Assembly (NCBI GenBank): GCA_963794945.1
Contig: CAWCFT010000001.1
Location: 224,001 to 288,000 of the forward strand
Length of the DNA stretch: 64,000 nt
DNA from: Endomicrobiales bacterium
GTDB lineage: Bacteria; Elusimicrobiota; Endomicrobiia; Endomicrobiales; CAWCFT01
Reading direction: 5' to 3'
Each line of letters begins with the position of its first letter. Within the stretch, counting starts at the first letter, position 1. Shown here piece after piece: positions 1-9,900 of the stretch. Made by a program: the position numbers and the translations under genes. Below the pieces are notes generated by a model. That model ran no database searches. It had not been told where the DNA came from and was given only the letters and a program-made list of their open reading frames with translations.

Positions 1-3000
1 AGTGTCGCTAAACTTAAGCGTTGTTTTCGGCATGAATTTCAGCGTGGTAACATCCATTGGTGTGCCGTTCGCAGAATACTGTTCATTTTTGTATGAATAT
101 ATGTCGGTATTATAAGTTAACCTGTCTCCTAAAAAGCTGCCCCTGGCGCTTATTTTTGACGTGGTAAATCCGCTTCCGGGCTGATTCTGCTGGTCAAAAG
201 TAGAAGACTGAATAAAATGCCTGTTACCTAGAGCATCGGACTGCCCAGTCATATTCGTAGTTATCTGTTGCTCTAATAAATTATTATTGTTATTCCAATG
301 AAATGTGCTGTTCTTATCCATTACATCGGAAGCCGCATAACCTGCCAGACTTGGTGTTACCTGGTTTGTTCCATTAAAACTGCCGTCTAAATTCGGCAGG
401 GTTCCGGAATCGGAAGATAAATGATCATGCAGCGGGTTAAGCTGGAGTGCAGGGTACAAAACATTCAGCATATTTACACTTAGATTAGCGCTGCCATTGA
501 CAACTTTAAGCATTTCTGACGCGCCGGGCATGTATAGCTTAAGGTCTGATTTGCCGGAAGGCGGGCCGGTATTCTGATATGTGAAAATAAAGTTCCCATT
601 GGAAATTCCGGCGCTTTTCAGCTTGATATTATTTTCCGGTTCATTCTCTCCTTTCTCGCGCTTGGCCACGTTCGCCATAAGCACGTCCCTGGCATCGGTT
701 TTTTGTTTGATCATAAGATTTATTTCTTCTATTTTTTTGTTCATCTCTTTGCGCACTTTTTCCGTACCGTGAGGATGGAGTACGTCTTTCATTTTACCGC
801 TAAGCGACATAAAATCCATAAATCCCGCATAAAACAAGCTTGCCGGGTTTACTCCCGCAGGCACCACTATCTTTGTGCCTTCGCTTATCTTGCCGGATTT
901 TTCCGCGGGCAAGAGTATTTGATCTCTTATCTCGGTTAAATACGTAATTTCACTTTCAAGGTTCTTAATATTTGACGATTCTTTTGAAGCGTTCGATTCC
1001 TGCGGCTGGTTGTCAACTAACTTTCCCGGCTCTTCACCCTGAAAGAAGGCCAGCTTTAGGCTTACACTGTTCGATTCAGAAGTTCCAGCATCAGTAAGCC
1101 TTTTAAGGTCATTTTTAGCAAGAGCAATATTTAGCTGATAATCCAGGCTGCTCTTATCCGCCAAGTAGGCGTTTTTCAGGTTCCGTATAGAGTGCAATAG
1201 GTCGGCCCTCAAAATATCCGCGGCAAGTTTCTGCTTCTGCTCTTCGATCTTCTGATTAAGCTCCGCGCCATACTTGGTGAGCAGTTTATCGGCATTACCC
1301 TTGATAATGAAGGTTACAGCCTGCATATTCGGCAGCGATACTTCCAACTTCACTTGAAGGCCTGATTTCGCTTTTGTTATCTGGGAAGTTATCAGCTTGT
1401 CCGCGAGTTCGTTCCTCTGGTTGTTAAGCGTATGCTTAAGGCTTTCATCAACAAAAGCAGAAATGCTCGCCTCTTCGTCTTCCGGTTTTGCCGCTGATGT
1501 AATGTTTATATCTATATTTTTGACCACATTGTCGGTTATTCCTTTTTCACGTATGTATCCCTGTATGATCTCTCTTTGCTTAAGCGCCTGCTTGTAAAGC
1601 GCCTGCATGTCCGCATTATCCTGCATGGCTTTCACGTCAAGTTTTTCTATTTCGGAGATTATCGTATTGATGTCATTAAAATGATGGATTAGGTCAAGTG
1701 AATTCTCTTTCAAGTTCAGTTCCATCAAGTCTTTGGTAAGCAGCGCGATATTCCTGTTCTCCCTTCTTTCCGGATTATACAGGTCGGCTTCAACGGCAAG
1801 CCCCAGCGAAGGTTTTAAACCCTGGTGGCTGTACAAGAAATTCGGCCCGAAGGACAATGAAGAGATTGGCAGGCGCGACACAAGCCCGCCGGATTTCTTT
1901 ATAACTGGTTCCATGTTCCCATCGTATTTGACACCGTTCTTATCGAATATTTTCTTCATCGCAAAACCGATTTCTTCGTGTTTGATTGCGTCATTTAGAG
2001 AATAAAACGCTTCTTTTAGTTCAGCCATAACTTTTTGCGAGGTTTTTTCATCAGTATTCGCCATATTCAATAACATCATGGTCCTTGAGAGCTCGTATTC
2101 CTTAAAGTTCAACATCTCCAGGCTTCCGCGAATGCCGTCCATGCGCGTTTCCAATTCATTATTGAACCATTTTCCGATGTCTTCCGGGCCTTCATATTCT
2201 TCTGCCGGAATAGAGTTTTTTGATCCGCTTCTGTATATTTTATTGTTATCTTGAACCTTCCCTGAAGGCATAAACTCCTTATGGCTGCCGTCTATCTGCC
2301 TGTTATCTTCCGGTACAAGCATCTGCTTCTGAGGCTGGTTATTGTTCTGTTCTTGAACCTGAATTTCTTTCTGTTCTTGAATTCTGGTATTTTTCTGGTT
2401 TTGCAATGTTAATAGCGCTGCGCTAAACCAGTGCGCGCGCTCATCGTCACTCAACAATTTATTTTTTTGCGCTTTATATTCCCTGTAAAGCATGTCGACA
2501 GTATCTTTATTGAGTGTCACAAGCGTTATCAGGCAGCTGTCAGGTAATCCCGGGAACCTTGAACGCTCTCCTTCAACCCTTTGCCTGAATTCTTCACTGT
2601 TCTTCATCTGCTGTTTGGCAATTTCTTTGGCTATCTTAATGGAATCAATTAAATTACCCGGGATAACCTTGATCTTTTGGCCGGTAACAGAATCCGTCTT
2701 GTAATACCCGTTGGAATTGACGTGAAGAACGTTCGGCACATTGGTAGCGGCAAAACAAATGTCTCCAGCGACCGGTATATTGTAAGTGGCCTGGCTAAAA
2801 TCCCTGACCATGCTGCCGAACGCGCCGAGCATGCCGCCGAACCCGCCCTGATCGGGCGAAACGGCGAACCTGCCCAGCAGGTCATTCGGCCCATAGAGGC
2901 GTATGCCGTCGCCGGCTATGGGGTGGTCGGGGTTCGCGCCTTCGATCAGTTGCCCCAGCTGCTCAAAGACATGTATATTTACCTTGTGGAACAAAGAAAC

Positions 3001-6000
3001 GACCCAGGAAATAGCTTTGTCAAAAAAGCCTAACTGCATCAATACTATAGATATTTCCGTGTTTACGAACCACATGCTGAACCAGCCGGAGGGAAGCCTT
3101 TTCCAGAATTGTGAATTCCCGAATACATCTTTTCGGGAGGCGAGCCTCGCATCTTTTATGGACTGGTCAATGTCTGTCGGTGTTATTATCGGAGGTGTGT
3201 TCTGGTCAATATTGCCGAGAAGGGTTCTGATCTGTTGCTTCTGCACGACACTTGCCTGTATAAACCTGTTTGACTGCCACCGTTTTTTTCCGTCGTGCTC
3301 CATTATGGCGTTAATAATGCCGATAGCCTGAGGGCTGACATTTCCCCTTGCTTTCTGCGCTTCAAGGTAAGCGATTATAGTTGCACCGTCCCACGACCAC
3401 GGCACGAAATTATCGTTGATATCGGAAAACCCATGGGCCGTCCGCAGATTTCTGCTTTCAACTTCCTGCTGCGTCACGGAAGCAGCCGGGATATAATTAA
3501 TGGCCGTTTCTTTGCCATTTTTAACAACCTCCATGTAGCGCTCTTCAAGAGGCAGGTTAAAGAATTCACTATTAAGCAGATTAGCCTTAGCGCTGCGAGT
3601 AGCCCGCGAAAAGCTTCTGACAAAAACAGTTATCAGCGGGCTTAGTATCGCTTGAACTGCAAACCCTTTATAAAGAGTTGACAAAATCGGAATCATCTGC
3701 ATTTTCGCTGCAAGGCCCGGTATAACACCAAGGATATTCATCCCCATCATGGGAACACCAAGATACATCGAAAGCAGATATAGCCCAAGAAGAACAGCCG
3801 GTATCACGGCCATCCTGAAAATATGCCATCCGCGGGCGGTTAGCAAGCCCTGTTTTTCTCCCTTATCGGGCGCCCATTTTACCGCCGCGTAGATATATAC
3901 TGCCGCAAGAATCGGTATGAAGAACAAAGGATTAGACGCAACCAGCGCCAGTATGCTACCTGTTATAAAGGTTGTCACAACAAAGAGATTCGCCCTTTCT
4001 TTAAAGAACCTGAAATGCGCTGCGATAAGCGTTATTTCAAGCACGGGCCTGAGCGTTTCAGCTATCTGCCGCGCGAACATTTTAATTCTGCCTGAAAATG
4101 TTGTTCTTAACTGCTCCTGCTCGCGAAGCTGGTCTACGATAGTCCTGGATATCTCCTGCTGGGAAAGGTAAACTTCCTTGTTCCTGCCCAGCCAGTGGTA
4201 CCTCAAAGCGCTGTCGAGATGTCTTAGGTAAAAACCTCTGAAAAGATGTAAAGCGAACCTTCCTGATACCATGTAAAGCACAGCCGCGCCTGATGATTTT
4301 ATATTAAGCCTGCCCTTATGTATCAAGTCATTCTTTATATTTCTCCACATATCCCCAAAATTCATTTTTTCAATTTCTTCACCGTAATTTTTTTTGGTGT
4401 AGTATGCCTGGTTAAGCTGTTCCAGCCTCTGGTAAACAAGCCACCAGTTTGTTCCGTTTTTACCTCCGGCAAGAAGTTTATCTGCATCGCCGCCCTGAGT
4501 TTGAATAGATTGTCTTACATATTCCTCTCCGCCATATTTCCTGAAAACACGTTCTTTTATTGTTTCGTTTAAAGCTGTTTTCCCGGATATTATTTCATCG
4601 GCCTGGCTTTCCTGCTTGGGTGAGTTAACAGCGCCCCCTCCGGCCGAAGCAGGGGGATTCAAGGCCGAAGTGTTAAACCATGATCCTATCTTTTCAATTA
4701 GTTTTCCTGCCTTATAATCTATCCTGCCGGAATGCCGCAGTTCGGGCATTGCTGACAATGCCGTATTGTAGCCCTTGTTAAATTGTAAAAGCGCGGCGAC
4801 GGAATCCTTTGCGGAACCTGGGTCCACAACGAAAGATTCCGCATAATCGAGGCCATTATCAGGATAGATCCTTTTCAATATTTCCTGAAGTTGAACACGT
4901 TCACGCACTTCAGATTTTAAATAGCAATCTACCGCGGTGCCTGGAAATCCAAGAAATATGCCTAGAATGGAATCACTGATATTTTCGTATTTGTCTGTTC
5001 TTGCTTTACCTGTTGCGAATAGATTGTTAAGCTCGTCAATCTCAAACCCGATTATGTACTGAGAAATAAGCCCGTCTATCTGCTGTTTGTTCATAAAACC
5101 GGACCCCAAACCAAATGGCGCAGTCATTCCCGCTTGCCTGAATTGATCAGCTAGAAAATCTCTATTTTCAGTGAAAACCTTGTTTATTGATTCGATATTG
5201 TAAATATACAGCTCATATTTCCCGGAATAATTGCCGCTCTTTCTTTCCGAAATACATACACCTACCCCAAGTTTTTCAAAAAGTATTTTTGCGTCTTCAC
5301 TTTCATATAGTTTTTTAACGGCCTTCGTTATGATGCCGTAATATCCGGGCTTACCTCCGCCAAATACTGATGCACGAGCCGCACGGCCTTTTACATAATT
5401 CAGTCCTGAAACATTTAACGTTTTTGCGGTGATCAATTCTTCAAGAAGGGATAAAGATCTAGTATCGAGGCTCCTCAATCTTGCGGCCCTTTCCGCGTCT
5501 TCCGTGTTTTTTCCCCTACCTATCATGGACTTTAATTCCTGTATGCCACGTTCGCCGAGAGCGGCAAGAACTTTGTTTACATTTCCTTCTACGGCCACCC
5601 TTTTTGTCTTACCACTGCTCCAGTTTTCCCTAGCCTTTTTACGCAGCCACCTTACAAACCCGTACGCAACAGCCGCCGCTCCTGCCGTGATCAATACTAT
5701 AACTCCGGCGCTCATCATGCCGTAAGATTGTTGCTGCATAATTGCCGCTGTGCCGGCGTGGGCAAGCATAGGCGAAAGGAATATCAGCCCTAAAGACATG
5801 AATAATCTTAATATGCCGGGCATTTTACTATTCCGTGTAAAATCGTAAGAAATACTAGTTTTATTTATATCTATCGTGTAAATATTTTTACCCGTAGACA
5901 CATTGTAAATACCAGGCTCTTTTGTGGTCACTATCTCCACGCGGCCCGAAATGTTATTCGCCTTCATCCAGGCATTGATCTCTTCCTCGATATCTCGTAT

Positions 6001-7674
6001 TGAAAGCTTTTGAGCAGCAGCCCGCCTGGCCCACGCGCCTATCATAATATCTACTGCATCCCGCGGCATCCCGACGTCCAGAAGCACTGGAGCGAAGAAT
6101 GAGTTAACGAACCTGTTCACATTAAGCGTTCCGCTGAAAGTCTCACGGTAAATGCTGTTATCGTATGCAGTGGTTATCGCGGGCATCAAAGTGATGTTAG
6201 AAATAGCTTCTCTATCGAAATACTGAGTAACATCCGAATGGAAACCTCCAGTTACCATGATAATGATATTCTTGTATTGCGCGAGCTTGTCAGCGCTGCA
6301 AAGCTGGTCGGGAGGCTGCTGGGGTAAAGGCCCGGTGTAAGTTTTACCGATATATTCTCTTGCAGCGTTATAAAATATTGAGTTTCTTTCCTTATTTGCA
6401 TCATAAAAACCAAATAATTCATTTTCATGTTCTGTGAGGTAAGATAAAACATCGTTTAATTCGGTGTCATCAATATATTTCTTTAATGTCGCCTTGAATT
6501 TAGAATTATTGCATTTTAAGTACTCGTAATCCTGTGACCCAAGTTTGAGCTGACAGAAATCACCCAGATATTCGTCCATTTCCGACAAAAATAGCATTTC
6601 TTTGTCCAGCAAAGTATCTGCGTGCTTTTCAAGCGCCCTCCGCAGGAAAGCCTTTTCTTCATACAGAAAAGATACTGGATTGATAGAATTTGTTAAACGG
6701 ATATAATCGAGAAATTTGTCAAGGTTCGGGTACGCACGCATGTATGGAGTGTACAACCTGGAAAGTTCTGAAAGTGCCAGATAGTATTCATTTTTGTGCT
6801 CTTTATTTCCTGACAGGGCCACGAGCTTTTCATATGCCCCGAAAGGAGCCTGAGTCTTCAATTCCTCCACATATGCCCTGTGTTCCATGTCAAGCTTGTA
6901 ATAGTTGATAGTTTCATTTACCTGCCTCAGCCTTAGGTACCTTTCGAGGTGCGGGTAACTATGCAGTGAAATGCCGCTTTCGTAGCTCAGCCGTTCAATT
7001 TCCCTATAGTAGGACTGAGGAGCGCCTTCTCTGCTGTTATCAATATATCTTTCATATTTTTTGATCTTCCCGGAAAGATAGTTCTCTTTGAGCTCCCCAA
7101 CCCATTTATGGATCTTCCCGACTTGCCTGCCGTATTCATCCTGAGATGAAAGTATTGAGTTGATCCTCTTTAGATTCTCGTTATATATGTCCCATTTTTC
7201 AAGCCCGAAAAGAATATTATTATTTCGCGTAACGGCGTAGTATTCGGCCCCGGAGATCAGCCCGTTATGGAGCAATCCGTCAAGCAGATATTTCTTCGTG
7301 CCGTTTCCGGGCAATGAGGAAAGAAAGCTTGTATCAACATGGCCCTGCGGTGCTCCTTCTGTAAGTATCGCGGAGACTTTATAGTGGTTGTCTAAATACT
7401 CAATAATGCCGAAGATGTTTTTCTGTACTTCGGGATCGCAGTGCAGGTCTTGAACACAAACTACCAGCGTGTCAGTGTGATACAGCTGTGAATCGATGAC
7501 TTTACCTAATTCATTAGGCACAGGAGATCGGTCTATCACACGTGAAAGCCGGGACGCTGCGGTGTTGTTATCAAGCAGTATCTCCACGCCTTTTAGCGGC
7601 TCGCAAAGCACAAATGAAAAAGCAAACGCGCTAAGTGTTATAAGTGTGACATAGTATTGAATTTTTTTGATCAT
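1..7674 (-). CDS. Giant multi-domain membrane/secreted protein, 5' part (>2558 aa, continues past position 1)
   Basis: ATG at 7674 (MIKKIQYYVTLITLSAFAFSFVLC, signal-like). Manual translation stays open to position 1 (...PMDVTTLKFMPKTTLKFSDT). N-terminal motifs VQDLHC / TEGA / SGAEY / ERN / VTGGFH, and several internal hydrophobic segments. Absent from the ORF track because there is no stop in the window. Confidence 0.92.
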   Translation of the reverse strand, partial: MIKKIQYYVTLITLSAFAFSFVLCEPLKGVEILLDNNTAASRLSRVIDRSPVPNELGKVIDSQLYHTDTLVVCVQDLHCDPEVQKNIFGIIEYLDNHYKVSAILTEGAPQGHVDTSFLSSLPGNGTKKYLLDGLLHNGLISGAEYYAVTRNNNILFGLEKWDIYNENLKRINSILSSQDEYGRQVGKIHKWVGELKENYLSGKIKKYERYIDNSREGAPQSYYREIERLSYESGISLHSYPHLERYLRLRQVNETINYYKLDMEHRAYVEELKTQAPFGAYEKLVALSGNKEHKNEYYLALSELSRLYTPYMRAYPNLDKFLDYIRLTNSINPVSFLYEEKAFLRRALEKHADTLLDKEMLFLSEMDEYLGDFCQLKLGSQDYEYLKCNNSKFKATLKKYIDDTELNDVLSYLTEHENELFGFYDANKERNSIFYNAAREYIGKTYTGPLPQQPPDQLCSADKLAQYKNIIIMVTGGFHSDVTQYFDREAISNITLMPAITTAYDNSIYRETFSGTLNVNRFVNSFFAPVLLDVGMPRDAVDIMIGAWARRAAAQKLSIRDIEEEINAWMKANNISGRVEIVTTKEPGIYNVSTGKNIYTIDINKTSISYDFTRNSKMPGILRLFMSLGLIFLSPMLAHAGTAAIMQQQSYGMMSAGVIVLITAGAAAVAYGFVRWLRKKARENWSSGKTKRVAVEGNVNKVLAALGERGIQELKSMIGRGKNTEDAERAARLRSLDTRSLSLLEELITAKTLNVSGLNYVKGRAARASVFGGGKPGYYGIITKAVKKLYESEDAKILFEKLGVGVCISERKSGNYSGKYELYIYNIESINKVFTENRDFLADQFRQAGMTAPFGLGSGFMNKQQIDGLISQYIIGFEIDELNNLFATGKARTDKYENISDSILGIFLGFPGTAVDCYLKSEVRERVQLQEILKRIYPDNGLDYAESFVVDPGSAKDSVAALLQFNKGYNTALSAMPELRHSGRIDYKAGKLIEKIGSWFNTSALNPPASAGGGAVNSPKQESQADEIISGKTALNETIKERVFRKYGGEEYVRQSIQTQGGDADKLLAGGKNGTNWWLVYQRLEQLNQAYYTKKNYGEEIEKMNFGDMWRNIKNDLIHKGRLNIKSSGAAVLYMVSGRFALHLFRGFYLRHLDSALRYHWLGRNKEVYLSQQEISRTIVDQLREQEQLRTTFSGRIKMFARQIAETLRPVLEITLIAAHFRFFKERANLFVVTTFITGSILALVASNPLFFIPILAAVYIYAAVKWAPDKGEKQGLLTARGWHIFRMAVIPAVLLGLYLLSMYLGVPMMGMNILGVIPGLAAKMQMIPILSTLYKGFAVQAILSPLITVFVRSFSRATRSAKANLLNSEFFNLPLEERYMEVVKNGKETAINYIPAASVTQQEVESRNLRTAHGFSDINDNFVPWSWDGATIIAYLEAQKARGNVSPQAIGIINAIMEHDGKKRWQSNRFIQASVVQKQQIRTLLGNIDQNTPPIITPTDIDQSIKDARLASRKDVFGNSQFWKRLPSGWFSMWFVNTEISIVLMQLGFFDKAISWVVSLFHKVNIHVFEQLGQLIEGANPDHPIAGDGIRLYGPNDLLGRFAVSPDQGGFGGMLGAFGSMVRDFSQATYNIPVAGDICFAATNVPNVLHVNSNGYYKTDSVTGQKIKVIPGNLIDSIKIAKEIAKQQMKNSEEFRQRVEGERSRFPGLPDSCLITLVTLNKDTVDMLYREYKAQKNKLLSDDERAHWFSAALLTLQNQKNTRIQEQKEIQVQEQNNNQPQKQMLVPEDNRQIDGSHKEFMPSGKVQDNNKIYRSGSKNSIPAEEYEGPEDIGKWFNNELETRMDGIRGSLEMLNFKEYELSRTMMLLNMANTDEKTSQKVMAELKEAFYSLNDAIKHEEIGFAMKKIFDKNGVKYDGNMEPVIKKSGGLVSRLPISSLSFGPNFLYSHQGLKPSLGLAVEADLYNPERRENRNIALLTKDLMELNLKENSLDLIHHFNDINTIISEIEKLDVKAMQDNADMQALYKQALKQREIIQGYIREKGITDNVVKNIDINITSAAKPEDEEASISAFVDESLKHTLNNQRNELADKLITSQITKAKSGLQVKLEVSLPNMQAVTFIIKGNADKLLTKYGAELNQKIEEQKQKLAADILRADLLHSIRNLKNAYLADKSSLDYQLNIALAKNDLKRLTDAGTSESNSVSLKLAFFQGEEPGKLVDNQPQESNASKESSNIKNLESEITYLTEIRDQILLPAEKSGKISEGTKIVVPAGVNPASLFYAGFMDFMSLSGKMKDVLHPHGTEKVRKEMNKKIEEINLMIKQKTDARDVLMANVAKREKGENEPENNIKLKSAGISNGNFIFTYQNTGPPSGKSDLKLYMPGASEMLKVVNGSANLSVNMLNVLYPALQLNPLHDHLSSDSGTLPNLDGSFNGTNQVTPSLAGYAASDVMDKNSTFHWNNNNNLLEQQITTNMTGQSDALGNRHFIQSSTFDQQNQPGSGFTTSKISARGSFLGDRLTYNTDIYSYKNEQYSANGTPMDVTTLKFMPKTTLKFSDT

Positions 7675-7732
7675 AAATTGCCGTCTTTGGATACTATATG
7701 CCTTGATTTTCACGGGGTGGCTGCGGTCTCTA

Positions 7733-7882
7733 TTATTGCCGTTTCTTACCTGTACTGACCGATCTTATAACGGCAAACACTTCTGGTATGCGTTTCCTGC
7801 GGCGTCTTGAGAAAATGCCGGTTCTCTTTAGATAGTTGCCAATAATCGTCAGCATCTGGCAATACATAATATTTTTAATCAT
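7733..7882 (-). CDS. Small basic protein (49 aa) upstream of the giant gene
   Basis: GAGAGGTG RBS before ATG at 7882. Sequence MIKNIMYCQMLTIIGNYLKRTGIFSRRRRKRIPEVFAVIRSVSTGKKRQ. Lies just downstream of the predicted promoter. Confidence 0.45.
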   Translation of the reverse strand: MIKNIMYCQMLTIIGNYLKRTGIFSRRRRKRIPEVFAVIRSVSTGKKRQ

Positions 7883-7907
7883 TAATACACCTCTCATGCT
7901 CAATAAG

Positions 7908-7961
7908 AATATACCCAAAATCGATTAAGCGTATATAAAGATAATGTTAATATTCCGTTAA
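7908..7961 (-). promoter_or_regulatory. Pho-box-like tandem operator plus -10 for the giant-gene unit
   Basis: Minus strand TTAACG-N5-TTAACA-N5-TTTATA-N5-TTAATC-N9-TATATT. Confidence 0.65.
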
Positions 7962-7980
7962 TTCAGCCGACGGAATAACT

Positions 7981-8033
7981 TTACCAAGATTTAACAAAAC
8001 ATTAATACCATATTAATTAAAAAACTATACTAT
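7981..8033 (+). promoter_or_regulatory. Pho-box-like tandem operator plus -10 for olsBA
   Basis: TTACCA-N4-TTAACA-N5-TTAATA-N5-TTAATT-N9-TACTAT (an overlapping TATACT lies at 8026). Confidence 0.6.
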
Positions 8034-8076
8034 GTACCCAAGAACATGCGGAGTATCTATAAGGAGAAGAACAAAC

Positions 8077-9060
8077 ATGACAAATTCAGTGCTCATCAAA
8101 CAGCAGCCTTTCCCAAAGTTTCCCGATGCTTTCAACACCGGCCCAGTTCTTACAAAACCATATAGGCTGGCGTTCAATGTTTTTCATCCCAAGATCCGGC
8201 TCTGCCTCCACAAAGGTAGATATACAGTCAAGACGGTTTCTGAGCCCGCTGAACTGGAAAAAGTCCTTCAACTCCGCCACGAAGTATTTTGCATAGAAAA
8301 GGCTGGAAGAACACCCTACATAGGCATCGATTGGGACCGGTTTGATCTTATCTGCGACCATCTTATGGTGATCGACAGGCTTTCATCTAAAATAGTGGGG
8401 ACCTATCGTCTAAACTCATCTCTATTTACAAAAAACTTTTACTCCGCTAAGGAATTTAATATCGATAACATAATCAAACTGCCAGGCACAAAACTCGAAC
8501 TCGGGAGAGCGTGCATTCACAAGGAATTCAGGAATGGCATTATGATCGCTCTGTTGTGGCGAGGTATCTGCGAATACATGAAAATGACCGGCACAAAATA
8601 CCTTTTTGGTTGTTCCAGTGTTGACACAACTGACCATGAAGAGATCAACAATATCTATAACTATTTCCTTGTAAATCACTATAGCCAGGACAACCTGAGA
8701 GTATTTCCTAAAATTAAATATACGGCTATAAACCGGAACCTTATGCGTGGTCACATTCTTTCAAATGACGGGACTATCAACCGGGTGCATCAATATTCCA
8801 CAGATATACACAATAGCCTTGAACACCTGAAAAACAATGCCGGTAAAGGATGTTCAACAAAAGACCGTGAACAAAGTAATTCGGCTTCATCTTCTTCCAA
8901 TAACGACATAGCTATCCCGCCTCTTATAAAGGCGTATTTAAGGGCTGGAGCCGTTATTTGCGGCGAACCGGCGCTCGACAGTTATTTCCGCTGCACTGAT
9001 TTCTTTACGTTTCTGGATGTTGAACTCATGAATAAATCGATTGAGAGGAGGTTCTCATGA
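8077..9060 (+). CDS. olsB: GNAT-family N-acyltransferase, OlsB-like (amino-lipid/ornithine-lipid synthesis)
   Basis: Motifs LRHEVF, DRFDLICDHL, VGTYRL, ELGRACIH, FGCSS, PPLIKAYLRAGA, PALD..F...DF. AAGGAG RBS before ATG at 8077. Confidence 0.8.
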   Translation: MTNSVLIKQQPFPKFPDAFNTGPVLTKPYRLAFNVFHPKIRLCLHKGRYTVKTVSEPAELEKVLQLRHEVFCIEKAGRTPYIGIDWDRFDLICDHLMVIDRLSSKIVGTYRLNSSLFTKNFYSAKEFNIDNIIKLPGTKLELGRACIHKEFRNGIMIALLWRGICEYMKMTGTKYLFGCSSVDTTDHEEINNIYNYFLVNHYSQDNLRVFPKIKYTAINRNLMRGHILSNDGTINRVHQYSTDIHNSLEHLKNNAGKGCSTKDREQSNSASSSSNNDIAIPPLIKAYLRAGAVICGEPALDSYFRCTDFFTFLDVELMNKSIERRFS

Positions 9061-9881
9061 TGCGTATTGCGAAGATGCTTTTTGCGGGCTTGCTAATTGT
9101 TACCTACAGCCTTATTTCACTTATAGGGTCCGCGTTTCTGTTCAACAACCGCGCCCGCACGGTATTTTTAACAAAAACAACTTCATTTTTCTGCAATACG
9201 CTTTTAGCAGTGCTTGACATCACCGCTGTAGCATTGCACTCGCCTTTATGGCGGCAGGACAAGCCGTATCTGGTAGTGTCCAATCACTTATCTTATCTTG
9301 ATATTATTGCCATAGCGTCCACAATGCCGGCCGTTTTTGTGTCCAGCATGGAAATACGCGCGGCGGCCTTCCTGGGTTTCATCGCACGCTGCGGCGGAAC
9401 GATATTCATTGAGAGAAGAAAGAAAATGAAGAATTTGAAACGGGAGATCAGAACAATAACTGAAACACTGAAGCAAGGGCTTAATGTCGTGATATTTCCC
9501 GAAGGGACTTCTTCTAACGGTACAGGAGTTCTTCCTTTTAAGAGATCTCTAATGGAAACTGCGTTTCAATCCAACAGCGACGTTCTGCCTGTCTGCCTTA
9601 TGTATTCCCATGATAGCGAGAAGTTGTCCGGCCCGAGCAAAGAGTCCGTGTTCTGGTACGGAGATATGAAATTTTTTTCTCATTTTTTCAATCTTTTTAA
9701 ACAATCAAAGCTGGTAATAACACTGCAGATCATGGAACCGCTCAGGATTGACGCTTACGCTGACAGGAATTCTCTCACGGAAGACGCCTATCTTTCAATA
9801 GCGGCCGCTTACAACTGGCAGAAACCTTATGCTTACGAAAATGACCTGATAAACCCTATGGACCTGTCATTCGAAAGATAG
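9057..9881 (+). CDS. olsA: PlsC/OlsA-family lysolipid acyltransferase
   Basis: NHLSYLD and FPEGT motifs; overlaps the olsB stop (ATGA). Confidence 0.8.
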   Translation: MMRIAKMLFAGLLIVTYSLISLIGSAFLFNNRARTVFLTKTTSFFCNTLLAVLDITAVALHSPLWRQDKPYLVVSNHLSYLDIIAIASTMPAVFVSSMEIRAAAFLGFIARCGGTIFIERRKKMKNLKREIRTITETLKQGLNVVIFPEGTSSNGTGVLPFKRSLMETAFQSNSDVLPVCLMYSHDSEKLSGPSKESVFWYGDMKFFSHFFNLFKQSKLVITLQIMEPLRIDAYADRNSLTEDAYLSIAAAYNWQKPYAYENDLINPMDLSFER

Positions 9882-9900
9882 ATCTATATCCGGCAAATAC

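Noticed and set aside
4920..4970. GIFLGFPGTAVDCY in the giant protein resembles the GxxLGYP motif of DUF483/DUF3793
   Set aside because: The motif is too short to support a domain call without a profile search.
581..6908. Many short ORFs listed in the first 7 kb
   Set aside because: They are antisense or off-frame shadows of the giant minus-strand ORF.
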